Origin: Pyrinomonadaceae bacterium
GTDB lineage: Bacteria; Acidobacteriota; Blastocatellia; Pyrinomonadales; Pyrinomonadaceae
Reading direction: 5' to 3'
DNA length: 64,000 nt
NCBI GenBank assembly: GCA_036001745.1
Contig: DASYTZ010000142.1
Coordinates: forward strand, 1,131-65,130
Below are positions 16,929 through 26,673 of the stretch, one piece after another. The notes under the pieces are model-generated. The model was not told where the DNA came from. It saw nothing but the letters and a program-made list of their open reading frames with translations, and ran no database searches. Every line of letters starts with the position of its first letter. Position 1 is the first letter of the stretch. A program made the position numbers and the translations under genes.

Positions 16929-17507
16929 TCACGGGTTCTTTTTCTTCTTATCAATGGATTCGGCGGGCAGCTTGCTTCCCACTTCGATGATCTGATTGGC
17001 ATTCTCGAGTGCTCGTTCTATCGCTGACAGCTCGTCATCATCCTTTGTTTGTTTACTCAGAGCGGTTAGCTGCGTCGCGTAACTGGAGGCCGCGGCGCTC
17101 AACTTTCGTAATGAACGTGAAATCAGCGGGTTCTTCTCGTCACGCCGCGCGACGTCATCAATGTTCGTGATCGCCTCATCCAGAATGCCGGCAATGTCGC
17201 CAACCAACTCAGCTCGGGTGCCTTTCGGAACGTCGCCCCAGTCGGGCTCGTCTTTCACGATCTTTTTTGTTTTCGGTTGAGCGACACCATTGATAATCGC
17301 GAAGCGTCGATCGATCGCTTTGATAAAAACTTCAATCCGTTTATCTAACTCCTGATGAAATCGGACCAGCTCGGTTTCCTGATCGGTGAGGTGATCGCGT
17401 GTCTGTCCTGCGGCGAGTGCCACGAACAATGGCAATGCGAGCAACGTGACTAACAAACGCGCGCAACCGGCAAAGACGTTAGCGAGTGGGAAGCCCGGCG
17501 TAGTCAT
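16929..17507 (-). CDS. Exported helical hypothetical protein, probable paralog of 17515..18093
   Basis: Hydrophobic N-terminus LLVTLLALPLFVALAAG. It shares ELVGDIAGILDEAITNI...RRDEKN with EVLGNYLGLIEEAMRFI...PRDKN in the neighbour. The start is uncertain: ATG at 17507 or GTG at 17552. Confidence 0.55.
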   Translation of the reverse strand: MTTPGFPLANVFAGCARLLVTLLALPLFVALAAGQTRDHLTDQETELVRFHQELDKRIEVFIKAIDRRFAIINGVAQPKTKKIVKDEPDWGDVPKGTRAELVGDIAGILDEAITNIDDVARRDEKNPLISRSLRKLSAAASSYATQLTALSKQTKDDDELSAIERALENANQIIEVGSKLPAESIDKKKKNP

Positions 17508-17514
17508 TGGTGGT

Positions 17515-18093
17515 TCACGGCCGCTTGTTCTCCGGCGAAGAATTTTTGACACCGTTCGTTTGCGTCGCTTCTTCCCGCAAGACTGTGTGGCCGTAGAACG
17601 AATCTAACGCTTCGGAGCGCACGTTGCGCGCGAACTCTTCGGCTGCCTTCAAATGAAGCGAGTACTCTGCCGGTGTGTCGCGCCGCATGACCGCCAGCCG
17701 CGGAATTTGGGCGCGTAAGGCAATATCCAGCCGCCGATAGAGATCACGCGTGCTGTTCTTGTCACGCGGCATGCCGCCGATGAAGCGCATCGCCTCCTCA
17801 ATTAGTCCCAGATAATTGCCCAGGACTTCAGATGCCTGTTCGAACATTTTGTGTGAAGTCAGCTCCTCCATGTGCGTCAAGTGTGCCTCAGCCAGTGCAA
17901 TCGTCAGGCGCACTCGCGCCTTGGCATCTTTCGTCGCGTTCAATTGCGCACGGTCATCATGCGCGACATAACGCATGGGCGGCGGGGACGGCAGTTGTGG
18001 TAAGGCCGGCTGGGCTGAGGCGCTGGTAGACAGTAAGAAAGCTGCGGCTGCGAAGGAAAAAAGTGACGACGTATGTGCGAGACGGATTCGCAT
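17515..18093 (-). CDS. Exported helical hypothetical protein
   Basis: Signal peptide MRIRLAHTSSLFSFAAAAFLLSTSASAQ, followed by predicted helical sequence. Confidence 0.65.
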   Translation of the reverse strand: MRIRLAHTSSLFSFAAAAFLLSTSASAQPALPQLPSPPPMRYVAHDDRAQLNATKDAKARVRLTIALAEAHLTHMEELTSHKMFEQASEVLGNYLGLIEEAMRFIGGMPRDKNSTRDLYRRLDIALRAQIPRLAVMRRDTPAEYSLHLKAAEEFARNVRSEALDSFYGHTVLREEATQTNGVKNSSPENKRP

Positions 18094-18117
18094 GTTTTCG
18101 CCGCTAAGGATTAGACA

Positions 18118-19551
18118 TCAAGACGCTTTTCGTTTGCCCTGGCCTCGCTTAATTTGCGCTCGCAAGACCGGCAGCCGTAAGTTTACCTTGTCAATCTCGA
18201 GCTGGTTAGTCGCTGGATTCGCGCGCGCCAGAAACCTCTCGTACGCGTCGAGCGCCTCCTGATACTCCTGGAGATTATCATGCGCGATTGCCAGATAGAA
18301 GTAAGTCGTCGCCAATTCAGGCCGCGCCGCTGCAATCCATTCGTACTCAGGTATCGCCGCGCGGAAATCCTTTGATTCGTAGAGAGCCAACGCGAGGTTG
18401 GTGTGCGCGGTGTATTCGTCCGGCGTCCTGGCGATGACGCGACGCAGAATCGTGACTGCCTCAGCGAAGTGGCGGCCCTGAATCAGAGCGGCGGCATAGC
18501 CGATGGCAAACTTCGAATTCGCCGGCTCGATTTGCAGCGCGCGGTAGTAGTAATCCTGAGACTTCAACGGGTCGATTCGACGATAGGCCGCGCCCAGACG
18601 CGCCAGCAACGCGGCGTTCTTCGGTTCGCGTTCCAGCATTAGCTCAAAGGCAGCGCGTTCCTCCGCGGTTGATCCATCGCTCCCGGCAAGCTCCGCGCGT
18701 AAGGCGATGATTTCCGGTGTGTGCCGATCCTTTTCCGGCAGCGCGTCCAACATCCGAAGCGCCTCATCGTTTCTCCCCGCGCGCTCGTAAAGTTGAGCCA
18801 GCTCGAAAGCTCCAGGCACGTTGTTACCGTGACCCGCTCGATCCAGCGCAACCAAATCCTCAAGCGCCCCAGCTTTATCGCCAACGTCTAGTCGCAGTTT
18901 TGCTCGATCGTATCGCGCGCCCAAATCACTCGGATCGATGGATAGCGCTTTGTCCACGCTGGCAAGCGCCGCGATTCTGTCTCCCGCTCTTATCTCAATG
19001 AAAGAGCGCTTTCGCCAGGTCGATCCAGTCGCGTCCTTTGATGACGTGGCGGCCTTGCTCAGGTTAAGGGCCTCGTTGATGTTGCCGGCGCGCGCCCGCA
19101 AGTCGGCCAGAGCGACCAACGCTTCCACGTTTTGCGGGTCGATTTCAATCGCCCGGCGGAGAATCGGCTCCCCGTTCTTGTCGTCGTTGTAATAAGAGGA
19201 CAGAAGCGATCCGAACCTTGCGTACGCGAACCCCCAATCCGGTCGCAGCTCAACCGCGCGATTGAAACCCTTCAGCGCTTCTTCTTTCTGATTGGAAAAC
19301 AGCAACGCCAGAGCTCGTTGAAATTCCGCTTCCGGAAATTCAGGCTTCAGCTTGATGGCGGCGTCGTAGAATTCGATCGCCTTCTTGTAATCATTCTTCG
19401 CGTGAGCATCCTGACCTCGCTCGAACAGTTTTACCGGATCGTCCTGGTCGAGAGGGTTAGTCTGGGCGCACACGCTCGCAAGTGTCGCGCTCAGGCAAAA
19501 CAGAACGAGCGCAACGCCAAGTCCAAAACGCCGCTGCGAGACATTGATCAT
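18118..19551 (-). CDS. Exported tetratricopeptide-repeat protein
   Basis: Signal peptide, then many TPR-like units (e.g. AIEFYDAAIKLKPEFPEAEFQRALAL). Confidence 0.85.
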   Translation of the reverse strand: MINVSQRRFGLGVALVLFCLSATLASVCAQTNPLDQDDPVKLFERGQDAHAKNDYKKAIEFYDAAIKLKPEFPEAEFQRALALLFSNQKEEALKGFNRAVELRPDWGFAYARFGSLLSSYYNDDKNGEPILRRAIEIDPQNVEALVALADLRARAGNINEALNLSKAATSSKDATGSTWRKRSFIEIRAGDRIAALASVDKALSIDPSDLGARYDRAKLRLDVGDKAGALEDLVALDRAGHGNNVPGAFELAQLYERAGRNDEALRMLDALPEKDRHTPEIIALRAELAGSDGSTAEERAAFELMLEREPKNAALLARLGAAYRRIDPLKSQDYYYRALQIEPANSKFAIGYAAALIQGRHFAEAVTILRRVIARTPDEYTAHTNLALALYESKDFRAAIPEYEWIAAARPELATTYFYLAIAHDNLQEYQEALDAYERFLARANPATNQLEIDKVNLRLPVLRAQIKRGQGKRKAS

Positions 19552-19718
19552 TGACTGTTAAGAAGTGATTGCGCCGACCGTTTTGACTTCGATGTTAACA
19601 CGTCGCGGAGCGTTGCGTGCTGCGAGAAGGCCTGCGGTTGCGCGCTGTAAACGCATGAGTTAACATCCGCGCATCAGAATCCCTCAAGCTTTGCACATGT
19701 CATCGCTGGAGCATCAGT

Positions 19719-20999
19719 ATGTCCACTGCCTTAGTTGACGATATCAAAGAGATAAAAGAAGCGAATCCTTTTGAATCGATGATGTCGCGCTTCGACCGAG
19801 CGGCCCAGTTGCTGCAATTGGATCCTGACTTATACGCCGTGATGCGCGTGCCCAATCGGGAATTGAAAGTTTACATTCCGACGCGCATGGATTCGGGTCG
19901 GATTCAAGTGTTCGAAGGATTTCGCGTTCAGCATAACTTTGCGCGCGGTCCGGCGAAGGGCGGCATTCGCTACTCTCCTGACGTAAACATTGACGAAGTA
20001 CGCGCGCTGGCGGCTTGGATGACCTGGAAATGTGCCGTGGTGAATGTGCCGTTCGGTGGCGCCAAGGGCGGGATTATTTGTGACCCAACGCAAATGTCGC
20101 AGGGTGAGCTGGAACGAATGACGCGACGTTACGCGGCAGAACTGCTGGATTTCATTGGGCCGGAAAAAGACGTGCCGGCGCCCGACATGAACACGAACGA
20201 GCAGACGATGGCGTGGATCATGGATACGTACTCCATGCATGCTCGTCACACGGTCAACGCGGTCGTCACCGGAAAGCCGATCGACCTGGGTGGATCGCGC
20301 GGACGCCGCGAAGCAACCGGACGTGGATTGTTGATCGTCGTTCAGGAAGCGGCGAAACGCTTCAAGATGAACCCGAGCACGACGCGCATCGTGGTGCAGG
20401 GAAGTGGCAACGTCGGAGGCATCGCGGCCCTGCTTTTCCACGAAGCCGGATTCAAGGTCGTGGGGATATCCGACGTTCACGGCGGCATTTACAATTCGAA
20501 GGGACTCGACATTCCCGCGGCGATGAAGCACCTTCAGACGACAAAATCCTTCGAAGGATTTTCAGGCACACAATATGTGAGTAATTCCGAGCTGCTGGAA
20601 CTCGACTGTGATGTGCTGGTTCCCGCGGCGACTGAAAACCAGATTACCTCGCAGAACGCTGAACGCTTGAAATGCAAAGTGCTGGCTGAGGGCGCCAATG
20701 GCCCGACAACCGCAGCAGCTGACGAGATTCTTTATGAAAAGGGGGTCTTTGTGATTCCAGACATTTTGGCGAATGCAGGTGGCGTGACCGTTTCATACTT
20801 TGAATGGGTACAGGATCGAATGGGTTATTTTTGGCGCGAAGACGTCGTAAACGAGCGGCTGCAAGATACGATGGTCGCAAGCTTCAACGACCTGTGCCGG
20901 TATGCCGATGCGCATTCAGTGGACACCCGGACGGCGGCCTACATGTTGGCCATCGATCGGGTCGCGTACGACACGCGCATGCGCGGGATTTACGCGTGA
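19719..20999 (+). CDS. gdh: Glutamate dehydrogenase (Glu/Leu/Phe/Val dehydrogenase family)
   Basis: [20 protein letters not shown] and the Rossmann motif VQGSGNVGG. Confidence 0.95.
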   Translation: MSTALVDDIKEIKEANPFESMMSRFDRAAQLLQLDPDLYAVMRVPNRELKVYIPTRMDSGRIQVFEGFRVQHNFARGPAKGGIRYSPDVNIDEVRALAAWMTWKCAVVNVPFGGAKGGIICDPTQMSQGELERMTRRYAAELLDFIGPEKDVPAPDMNTNEQTMAWIMDTYSMHARHTVNAVVTGKPIDLGGSRGRREATGRGLLIVVQEAAKRFKMNPSTTRIVVQGSGNVGGIAALLFHEAGFKVVGISDVHGGIYNSKGLDIPAAMKHLQTTKSFEGFSGTQYVSNSELLELDCDVLVPAATENQITSQNAERLKCKVLAEGANGPTTAAADEILYEKGVFVIPDILANAGGVTVSYFEWVQDRMGYFWREDVVNERLQDTMVASFNDLCRYADAHSVDTRTAAYMLAIDRVAYDTRMRGIYA

Positions 21000-21149
21000 C
21001 CGAAAAAACATATTAAAATCGCCCCTAAGTCGTGAAAAAGTCTTGATTTCACGAAATGGCAATGGTAGGCTTCGACCGTATTTCTGCTAGGCGCCGACAA
21101 CTCGAAAAGCGCTGAATATCGGGATGGTCGTAGCGCGCGGAAATCCTAG

Positions 21150-21178
21150 TTGACAGAGGCGCTGAGTTTCCTTATAAA
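21150..21178 (+). promoter_or_regulatory. Near-consensus sigma70-type promoter (TTGACA-17 nt-TATAAA)
   Basis: -35 at 21150..21155 and -10 at 21173..21178, read directly. It lies about 275 nt upstream of the ATG at 21454. Confidence 0.5.
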
Positions 21179-21453
21179 GTAGCGCTAGATTATTCGGTAT
21201 TAACAGTTAGGGGAGGCAGGGCTTCTTCGTTTTGTGCCTCTCAATTATGACCTCAAGTGGCGCGCAAGCGTGGTTGAGGCTGGAAATTTAGTTAACGTTT
21301 CTCGTTGGCGCTTGCAGTTCGAGCGTCCGTGTCCCCTGGGTTAACTGGCGGCGTGATGCTTCGAGCAAAGAAATCACTCAAAGTTCGGCGGCCAGTGACT
21401 CACGAAGGATTCGGCCCCGAGAAAAATTTTCACCACATGGCAGGAGGAACGCG

Positions 21454-23988
21454 ATGAAACTCGCGAATAGAGTGCTCATTTGTGCGCTCGCAATTTTTGT
21501 ATTGTCCGCTGTTGCGTCTGCTCAGCGACTGAGGAATGAGAATGATCCCAGAAACGTTTCGCCGTCAGTCGGAACAGGCGGACCGGAAGGCGGCCCCACC
21601 GGGTTGTTTACTATCTACGATGGGCAAACGATCCGTCGTGGCGAGTACACGTTCAGCATTGCTTACAGCAATTATGATCGTGATCCGGGCAACGTTGACA
21701 TAGTGGACGTTCCGCTCAGCTTCAACGTCGGCTTGAACGATCACCTCGAATTGTTCTTCAAGACCAACGGCTATCGCGGCATTAAGGTTAACAACCCGCA
21801 GAATCTTTCGGGCTTCTACCTGCCCAACTCGCAGTTGAAGTTCCCGTCCCTCGGCAGCGGGGCGGCGATTATTTTGGCGCCGAATAATTTGCCGGCTGGA
21901 TGCGCCAGCATCAACGGCACGGCTGTCTTCCGGCCGGCATTCAGCCAGCCATTTGTACAGTATCCGTTTATCGGTGGTGCGTCTTCAAATCTCGGCTTAA
22001 CGGGCCCCAACCCACTCGGAAGTACTGGCTGCCCGGGCCCTGCGAGCCCAACTATCGGCGCTAACACCTCGCCTAACAGTGGTACGTTTGGCCCGGCGGA
22101 CAACTTCCCGGGCATGGGTTCTACGGTCGGCGGTATTCTGCCGGGAATCGTGTTGGCGACTGAAACGTTGCCGGCTACTGCCCTGACAAACCCAATCACT
22201 GTTCCGGTGACGTTCACAATTGCGCCTAGCTACCTGCCCGACGCGCCGTTCCTCAATCGACTCTACGGTGAGTCAAGCTTTAACAATTTCGTCTTTGGCG
22301 CCAAGTGGCGATTTACGGGCCCGAACAACCCGTTGGGTGTGGGTGTCATTCCGTTTTACCGCTGGTGGCCTGACAAGGCTAATGATTTCTCGGGATTCAA
22401 TCAGATGCAGCGCGGCGCTGGACCGGGTGGCGACATAGGCGACTTTGGTCTCATCGGTTTCCTCGATGCGCGCTTGAGCCGTTCAGTCAATGTCTCGGTA
22501 AACGGTGGCTACATTCTCAACAGCAATCCGAAGAACTCAGGCGATTTCGTACTGCTGGACCGCCCAGACGAGTTTATCGCGGGCGTCGGATTTGATTTCC
22601 CAATTAACAAGTACTTCCAGCCAATTCTGGAGTTGCGTTCGACGCAGTATGTCGGTGGCCGCACACCGAATGCGTTTGAAAACAGCCCGGTTGAAGGGCT
22701 GGCTGGCGTGAAGGTCTATCCGCACCGCTGGCTCGGTTTTGGTTTGTGGTATCGCATGCATTTCAACCAGCAGGACAAGTCGTTGTTCAATGGTAAGGAT
22801 TTCAACACTTCGATCCAGCAGATCACCAACGTCAATGTGCCGGGACGTGGTTTAGTGGTCGTGCCCGGAACGAGCCGTACTGCGACGGCTGGCGGATTCC
22901 CGCGTGGTTTTAACTTCTCTGACGATGCGAACGGATTCGGAGCCCAGTTCTGGGTCGGACATCGCAACAACCGCGAGCCGGACGTGCTGCCGAACCAGGC
23001 GCCCGTCATCAGCGCGTTCGCCGCGTCAACCTCGACGATTACTATGCCGTGTCCGGAAGGGACGCACTCCTCTTCGGGAGCTTGCCCGACCACGGCGACC
23101 AGTTCTGTTGGGCTGACAACAACGGCAACAGATCCTGATGGCGATACACTGCTTTACACCTACAGCACGACGGGTGGAAGAATTACCGGTGAAGGTGCAA
23201 ACGTCACTTGGGACCTGAGCGGACTCGCTCCGGGAACCTACACGGCGTCGGTCGAAGTTGATGATGGCTGCGGCTGCATCAGCTTCTCGTCCACAACCGT
23301 AACGATTGCGAACTGCAACGACTGCATACCGAATCTGGTTTGCCCGACTGTTTCAGTGACCTGCTCAGACGCAGTTGACGAAGGTCAGCCGGCAACATTC
23401 ACGGCGAGATTCGACCAAGGCACGCCTACGGTTTCTGAAACCTACAACTGGACAGTTTCGGCCGGAACGATCACCAGTGGCCAGGGCACGAACTCGATCA
23501 CGGTGGATACCAAGGGTCTCGGTAGCCAGTCAGTAACGGCCACAGTCGAAATCGGCGGCGTCGATCCGACTTGCAACCGCACCGCATCCTGCACGACTCC
23601 GGTCAGGCCGATTCGGGTGCCGAAGAAGATCGACGAGTATGGCAACATCCGGTTCAACGATGAGAAGGCCAGACTCGACAACTACGCGATCGAGTTGCAG
23701 AACGATCCGAGTGCCCAGGGCTACATCATTGCCTACGGCTCTTGCGACGCCGAGGGTCAGACGCGAGGCAATCGCGCCAAAGACTACCTGGTCAACACGC
23801 GCGGCATCGACGCCGGCCGCATCGTGGTGGTTGATGGTGGCTGCATGCCTGACCTGAAGGTTGAGCTGTGGATCGTGCCCTCGGGTGCGACACCACCGTC
23901 GCCCGAAACGGCCGGAGCGGTTTCGCCTTGCCCGGATTGCAAGAAGGCGCCGCGCAAGCCGCGCCGGGGCCGCAGGGGCGAAGAGTAA
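21454..23988 (+). CDS. Large exported protein: N-terminal beta-barrel-like region, two Ig/PKD-like repeats, C-terminal OmpA_C-like module (tentative)
   Basis: AGGAGG RBS and a signal peptide. Repeats DPDGDTLLYTYSTTGGRITGEGANVTWDL...GTYTASVEVDD and YNWTVSAGTITSGQGTNSITVD. The tail ARLDNYAIELQNDPSAQGYIIAYG...RAKDYLVNTRGIDAGRIVVVDGG follows the OmpA_C pattern loosely. Confidence 0.7.
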   Translation: MKLANRVLICALAIFVLSAVASAQRLRNENDPRNVSPSVGTGGPEGGPTGLFTIYDGQTIRRGEYTFSIAYSNYDRDPGNVDIVDVPLSFNVGLNDHLELFFKTNGYRGIKVNNPQNLSGFYLPNSQLKFPSLGSGAAIILAPNNLPAGCASINGTAVFRPAFSQPFVQYPFIGGASSNLGLTGPNPLGSTGCPGPASPTIGANTSPNSGTFGPADNFPGMGSTVGGILPGIVLATETLPATALTNPITVPVTFTIAPSYLPDAPFLNRLYGESSFNNFVFGAKWRFTGPNNPLGVGVIPFYRWWPDKANDFSGFNQMQRGAGPGGDIGDFGLIGFLDARLSRSVNVSVNGGYILNSNPKNSGDFVLLDRPDEFIAGVGFDFPINKYFQPILELRSTQYVGGRTPNAFENSPVEGLAGVKVYPHRWLGFGLWYRMHFNQQDKSLFNGKDFNTSIQQITNVNVPGRGLVVVPGTSRTATAGGFPRGFNFSDDANGFGAQFWVGHRNNREPDVLPNQAPVISAFAASTSTITMPCPEGTHSSSGACPTTATSSVGLTTTATDPDGDTLLYTYSTTGGRITGEGANVTWDLSGLAPGTYTASVEVDDGCGCISFSSTTVTIANCNDCIPNLVCPTVSVTCSDAVDEGQPATFTARFDQGTPTVSETYNWTVSAGTITSGQGTNSITVDTKGLGSQSVTATVEIGGVDPTCNRTASCTTPVRPIRVPKKIDEYGNIRFNDEKARLDNYAIELQNDPSAQGYIIAYGSCDAEGQTRGNRAKDYLVNTRGIDAGRIVVVDGGCMPDLKVELWIVPSGATPPSPETAGAVSPCPDCKKAPRKPRRGRRGEE

Positions 23989-24038
23989 CTTGAACGTTCG
24001 CCGTCCCGAATGGTCGGGACCGCGACCTTCTTCCGAAC

Positions 24039-24078
24039 ATGGGCGATGCTCGAAAGGGCATCGCCCATTTCGCTTTTT
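24039..24078 (+). terminator. Strong intrinsic terminator
   Basis: ATGGGCGATGC-TCGAAAGG-GCATCGCCCAT (11-bp perfect stem) followed by TTCGCTTTTT. Confidence 0.8.
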
Positions 24079-24134
24079 CGCACTCCATTTCGCGCCGCAG
24101 AGTCCCTCAGGCAGCGAAATCTTCAACCGCGCTA

Positions 24135-24163
24135 TCGAAAAGAGTTCGGCAAACGTTTATAAT
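24135..24163 (+). promoter_or_regulatory. Candidate promoter (TCGAAA-17 nt-TATAAT) for the BNR-repeat gene
   Basis: Perfect -10 at 24158..24163, 58 nt upstream of the ATG at 24221. The -35 matches 4 of 6. Confidence 0.4.
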
Positions 24164-24220
24164 GCGGAGTGGCGGGCCCCCTTGAGAATCAGTGAGACCT
24201 ATTCGAAAGAGAATTAACTC

Positions 24221-26602
24221 ATGAAGCGATTTACCTTCAGTCTTGTCGTCGCGATGTTCGCGATTGTCCTGCTTGGAAATTCGTATCTCCGCTCATCAGT
24301 TCACGCGAGCGTCACAGACACTGGCGTTCCTTACTCGAGCGATTGGCGGATTACCGGCCCTAGTGGTGGTGATGTCCGCGCGCTCGTGGTCGATCCCAGC
24401 GACCCGGACCGCTTTTACTTTGGGACGCTCGACGGCCAGATTTATACGTCAACCGATGGCGCGCGAAGCTGGCGTCTGCTGGTCAATCTCAATCGGCCGC
24501 GCTTGTTCGTCGATCACATCATCGTCGATCCCCGAAATTCAAGAGTGCTTTACGTGGCGGCGCACCGTCACAAAGAACCAGGCGGCTTTTTTAAATCGAC
24601 AGATGGAGGATTGACGTGGCGTGAGTCGCCAGAGTTGAGAAATGAAGCGCTTCACTCGTTGACGCAATCCGACAAAAACCCGGACCTCCTGATCACCGGA
24701 ACATTCAATGGCATCTATCGCTCGCTGGACGCGGGCGAAACCTGGACTGCGCTGCCGACGCAAAACACGCCGGGCCTGGTGCACGTGGAATCACTCGCCA
24801 TCGATCCACGCAACGCCAACATTATTTACGCGGGCACGTGGTACCTGCCTTACAAATCGACGGATGGCGGACAAACGTGGCGCATCATCAAGAACGGCAT
24901 CATCGATGACTCCGATATTTTTGCGATCAACCTCGATCCGCGAAATCCGAATCACATCATTGCCTCAGCATGCAGCGGCATTTATGAAACCCCGGACGGC
25001 GGTGACAACTGGCATAAAGTTCAAGGCATCCCTTCGCAGTCGCGACGGACGCGCGCAATTTTGCAGCACCCGACGATTCCCGGGCTCGTGTTCGCCGGCA
25101 CGACTGAAGGTTTCTGGCGTTCGGCGAAAGGTGGCGAAAACAATTCGTGGATGGTCACCACGTCGCGGCAACTCGAGATTAATTCGATCGCGGTCCATCC
25201 GCGCACGCCGGATACGGTTTATATCGCCACGAATAACTACGGCGTCATGGTCTCGCGCGATGGCGGCCGAAACTTTGTGCCGACGAACTCCGGCTTCAGT
25301 GGCAGGTTCGTTAACACTATTGTTCCCGACAGGGAAATGCCGAACCGCGTTTATGCGACGACAATTAACACCACGACAGGCGGCGGATTCTTCTTCGTGA
25401 GCAACGACGGGGGCAGCACCTGGCAGCCATCCATGCGCAACATGCCGCCGCGTCTGATTGGCTATGCTCTGCTGCAAGACGAGCGGAATCCAAGCACGAT
25501 CTATTTGGGAACAAACTTGGGGGTCTATCGGTCGCTCGATCGAGGCGCATCATGGTCCACAATCGTCGGCAAGAAACCGGCGCCGAAACGGACCATCCGT
25601 CGTAAGACTCGGAGTGCGTCGGCACGGACTACTACACCCGCGCGTACACAGCGCCCCAGCAGCCCCGGCGAGCGCATTGTCGTTGCGCCGCCCAAAGCTT
25701 CCGATGAAGTTGTGCGCAAAGCGCAGGAGGCGCTTGATCGCGCTGGTTATGAAATCGGCACTCCCGATGGGCGGATGGGCCAGCGCACGATTGCCGCGAT
25801 TAAGCGGTTCCAATCCGATCGGTACCTGCCAGTGACTGGCGAGCTGGATGAAGCGACGATTGCGGCGTTGGGTTTGGGCAGCGTGGCGGCGAACGCCTTG
25901 GCGCACGTGATTACTTTGAGTGAGCCCATCAACGCGCTCGCGTCCTTTTCAGATGCGAACGGAAAGTGGGGAATGGCGGCGGCTACGAACGCAGGTTTGT
26001 ATCGCACACTCGACCCGGCACAGGGTTGGGATCGGGTCAATTACGGCCGCGGCTTCGATGCGCGCACCAACGCTATTTCGATAAGCCAGCAAGACCCGCG
26101 GCTGATCTTCGTCGGCACGGCGAGTTCCGGCGTTCTGGTTTCGCGAGACAGTGGGGAAACATGGCAACAAGTAGCGGGCGTTCCGGCGACTTCGCCAGTG
26201 AACATTATCGCCCAGGATCCGACCCGACCCGCGTACATTTACGTCGGCACGAAACAGGCGTTTTATCTGTCGCATGACTCTGGTGAACATTGGTCTCGGC
26301 GTGGAGGCGATCTTCCGTACGGAGATTTCACCAGCATTCTGATTAATCCGCGAAACCCGAACGAGATTTTCGCCGGCAACGCGTATCAAACCAGCGATAA
26401 GGGCGGTGGCGTGTTCCGCTCAACGGACGGCGGCATGACCTGGCAACGCATCGACACGCGCGACCTGCATTTGCCGAGCATGCGAATCTGGGCGCTGGCG
26501 CTCGATCCCCGCGATCAGAATACATTGTTTGTCGGCTCGCATTCGGCTGGTGTTTATGTCGTCTCGCGTGGAAGCGAGGCCTCGCTCAATTCACTTCGTT
26601 AG
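24221..26602 (+). CDS. Exported BNR/Asp-box beta-propeller protein (Ycf48/sialidase-like) with an internal peptidoglycan-binding domain
   Basis: Many S-x-D-x-G-x-T-W units (STDGARSW, STDGGLTW, SLDAGETW, STDGGQTW, SNDGGSTW, SRDSGETW, STDGGMTW). The central AQEALDRAGYEIGTPDGRMGQRTIAAIKRFQSDRYLPVTGELDEATIAALG matches PG_binding_1. Confidence 0.85.
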   Translation: MKRFTFSLVVAMFAIVLLGNSYLRSSVHASVTDTGVPYSSDWRITGPSGGDVRALVVDPSDPDRFYFGTLDGQIYTSTDGARSWRLLVNLNRPRLFVDHIIVDPRNSRVLYVAAHRHKEPGGFFKSTDGGLTWRESPELRNEALHSLTQSDKNPDLLITGTFNGIYRSLDAGETWTALPTQNTPGLVHVESLAIDPRNANIIYAGTWYLPYKSTDGGQTWRIIKNGIIDDSDIFAINLDPRNPNHIIASACSGIYETPDGGDNWHKVQGIPSQSRRTRAILQHPTIPGLVFAGTTEGFWRSAKGGENNSWMVTTSRQLEINSIAVHPRTPDTVYIATNNYGVMVSRDGGRNFVPTNSGFSGRFVNTIVPDREMPNRVYATTINTTTGGGFFFVSNDGGSTWQPSMRNMPPRLIGYALLQDERNPSTIYLGTNLGVYRSLDRGASWSTIVGKKPAPKRTIRRKTRSASARTTTPARTQRPSSPGERIVVAPPKASDEVVRKAQEALDRAGYEIGTPDGRMGQRTIAAIKRFQSDRYLPVTGELDEATIAALGLGSVAANALAHVITLSEPINALASFSDANGKWGMAAATNAGLYRTLDPAQGWDRVNYGRGFDARTNAISISQQDPRLIFVGTASSGVLVSRDSGETWQQVAGVPATSPVNIIAQDPTRPAYIYVGTKQAFYLSHDSGEHWSRRGGDLPYGDFTSILINPRNPNEIFAGNAYQTSDKGGGVFRSTDGGMTWQRIDTRDLHLPSMRIWALALDPRDQNTLFVGSHSAGVYVVSRGSEASLNSLR

Positions 26603-26643
26603 ATTTCCGTCAAAGTTTTCCCGCACAAACAATTGCAGTCGCC

Positions 26644-26673
26644 TTGACACTCAGTCAGGGCGACGTGTAAATT
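26644..26673 (+). promoter_or_regulatory. Weak candidate rpsA promoter (TTGACA-18 nt-TAAATT)
   Basis: Hexamers read directly. The -35 lies in the loop of the GTCGCC...GGCGAC hairpin. About 220 nt upstream of rpsA. Confidence 0.25.

Noticed and set aside
19591-19667. 9-bp inverted repeat GATGTTAAC ... GTTAACATC, 59 nt apart, in the TPR/gdh divergent region
   Set aside because: It is short enough to occur by chance in a 170-nt region at a rate of a few percent by rough estimate, and it has no supporting structure or second copy.
21030-21054. Hairpin TCGTGAAA-N9-TTTCACGA after gdh as a terminator
   Set aside because: The stem is AU-rich and no U-tract follows (AATGGCAATGG). It is left uncalled.
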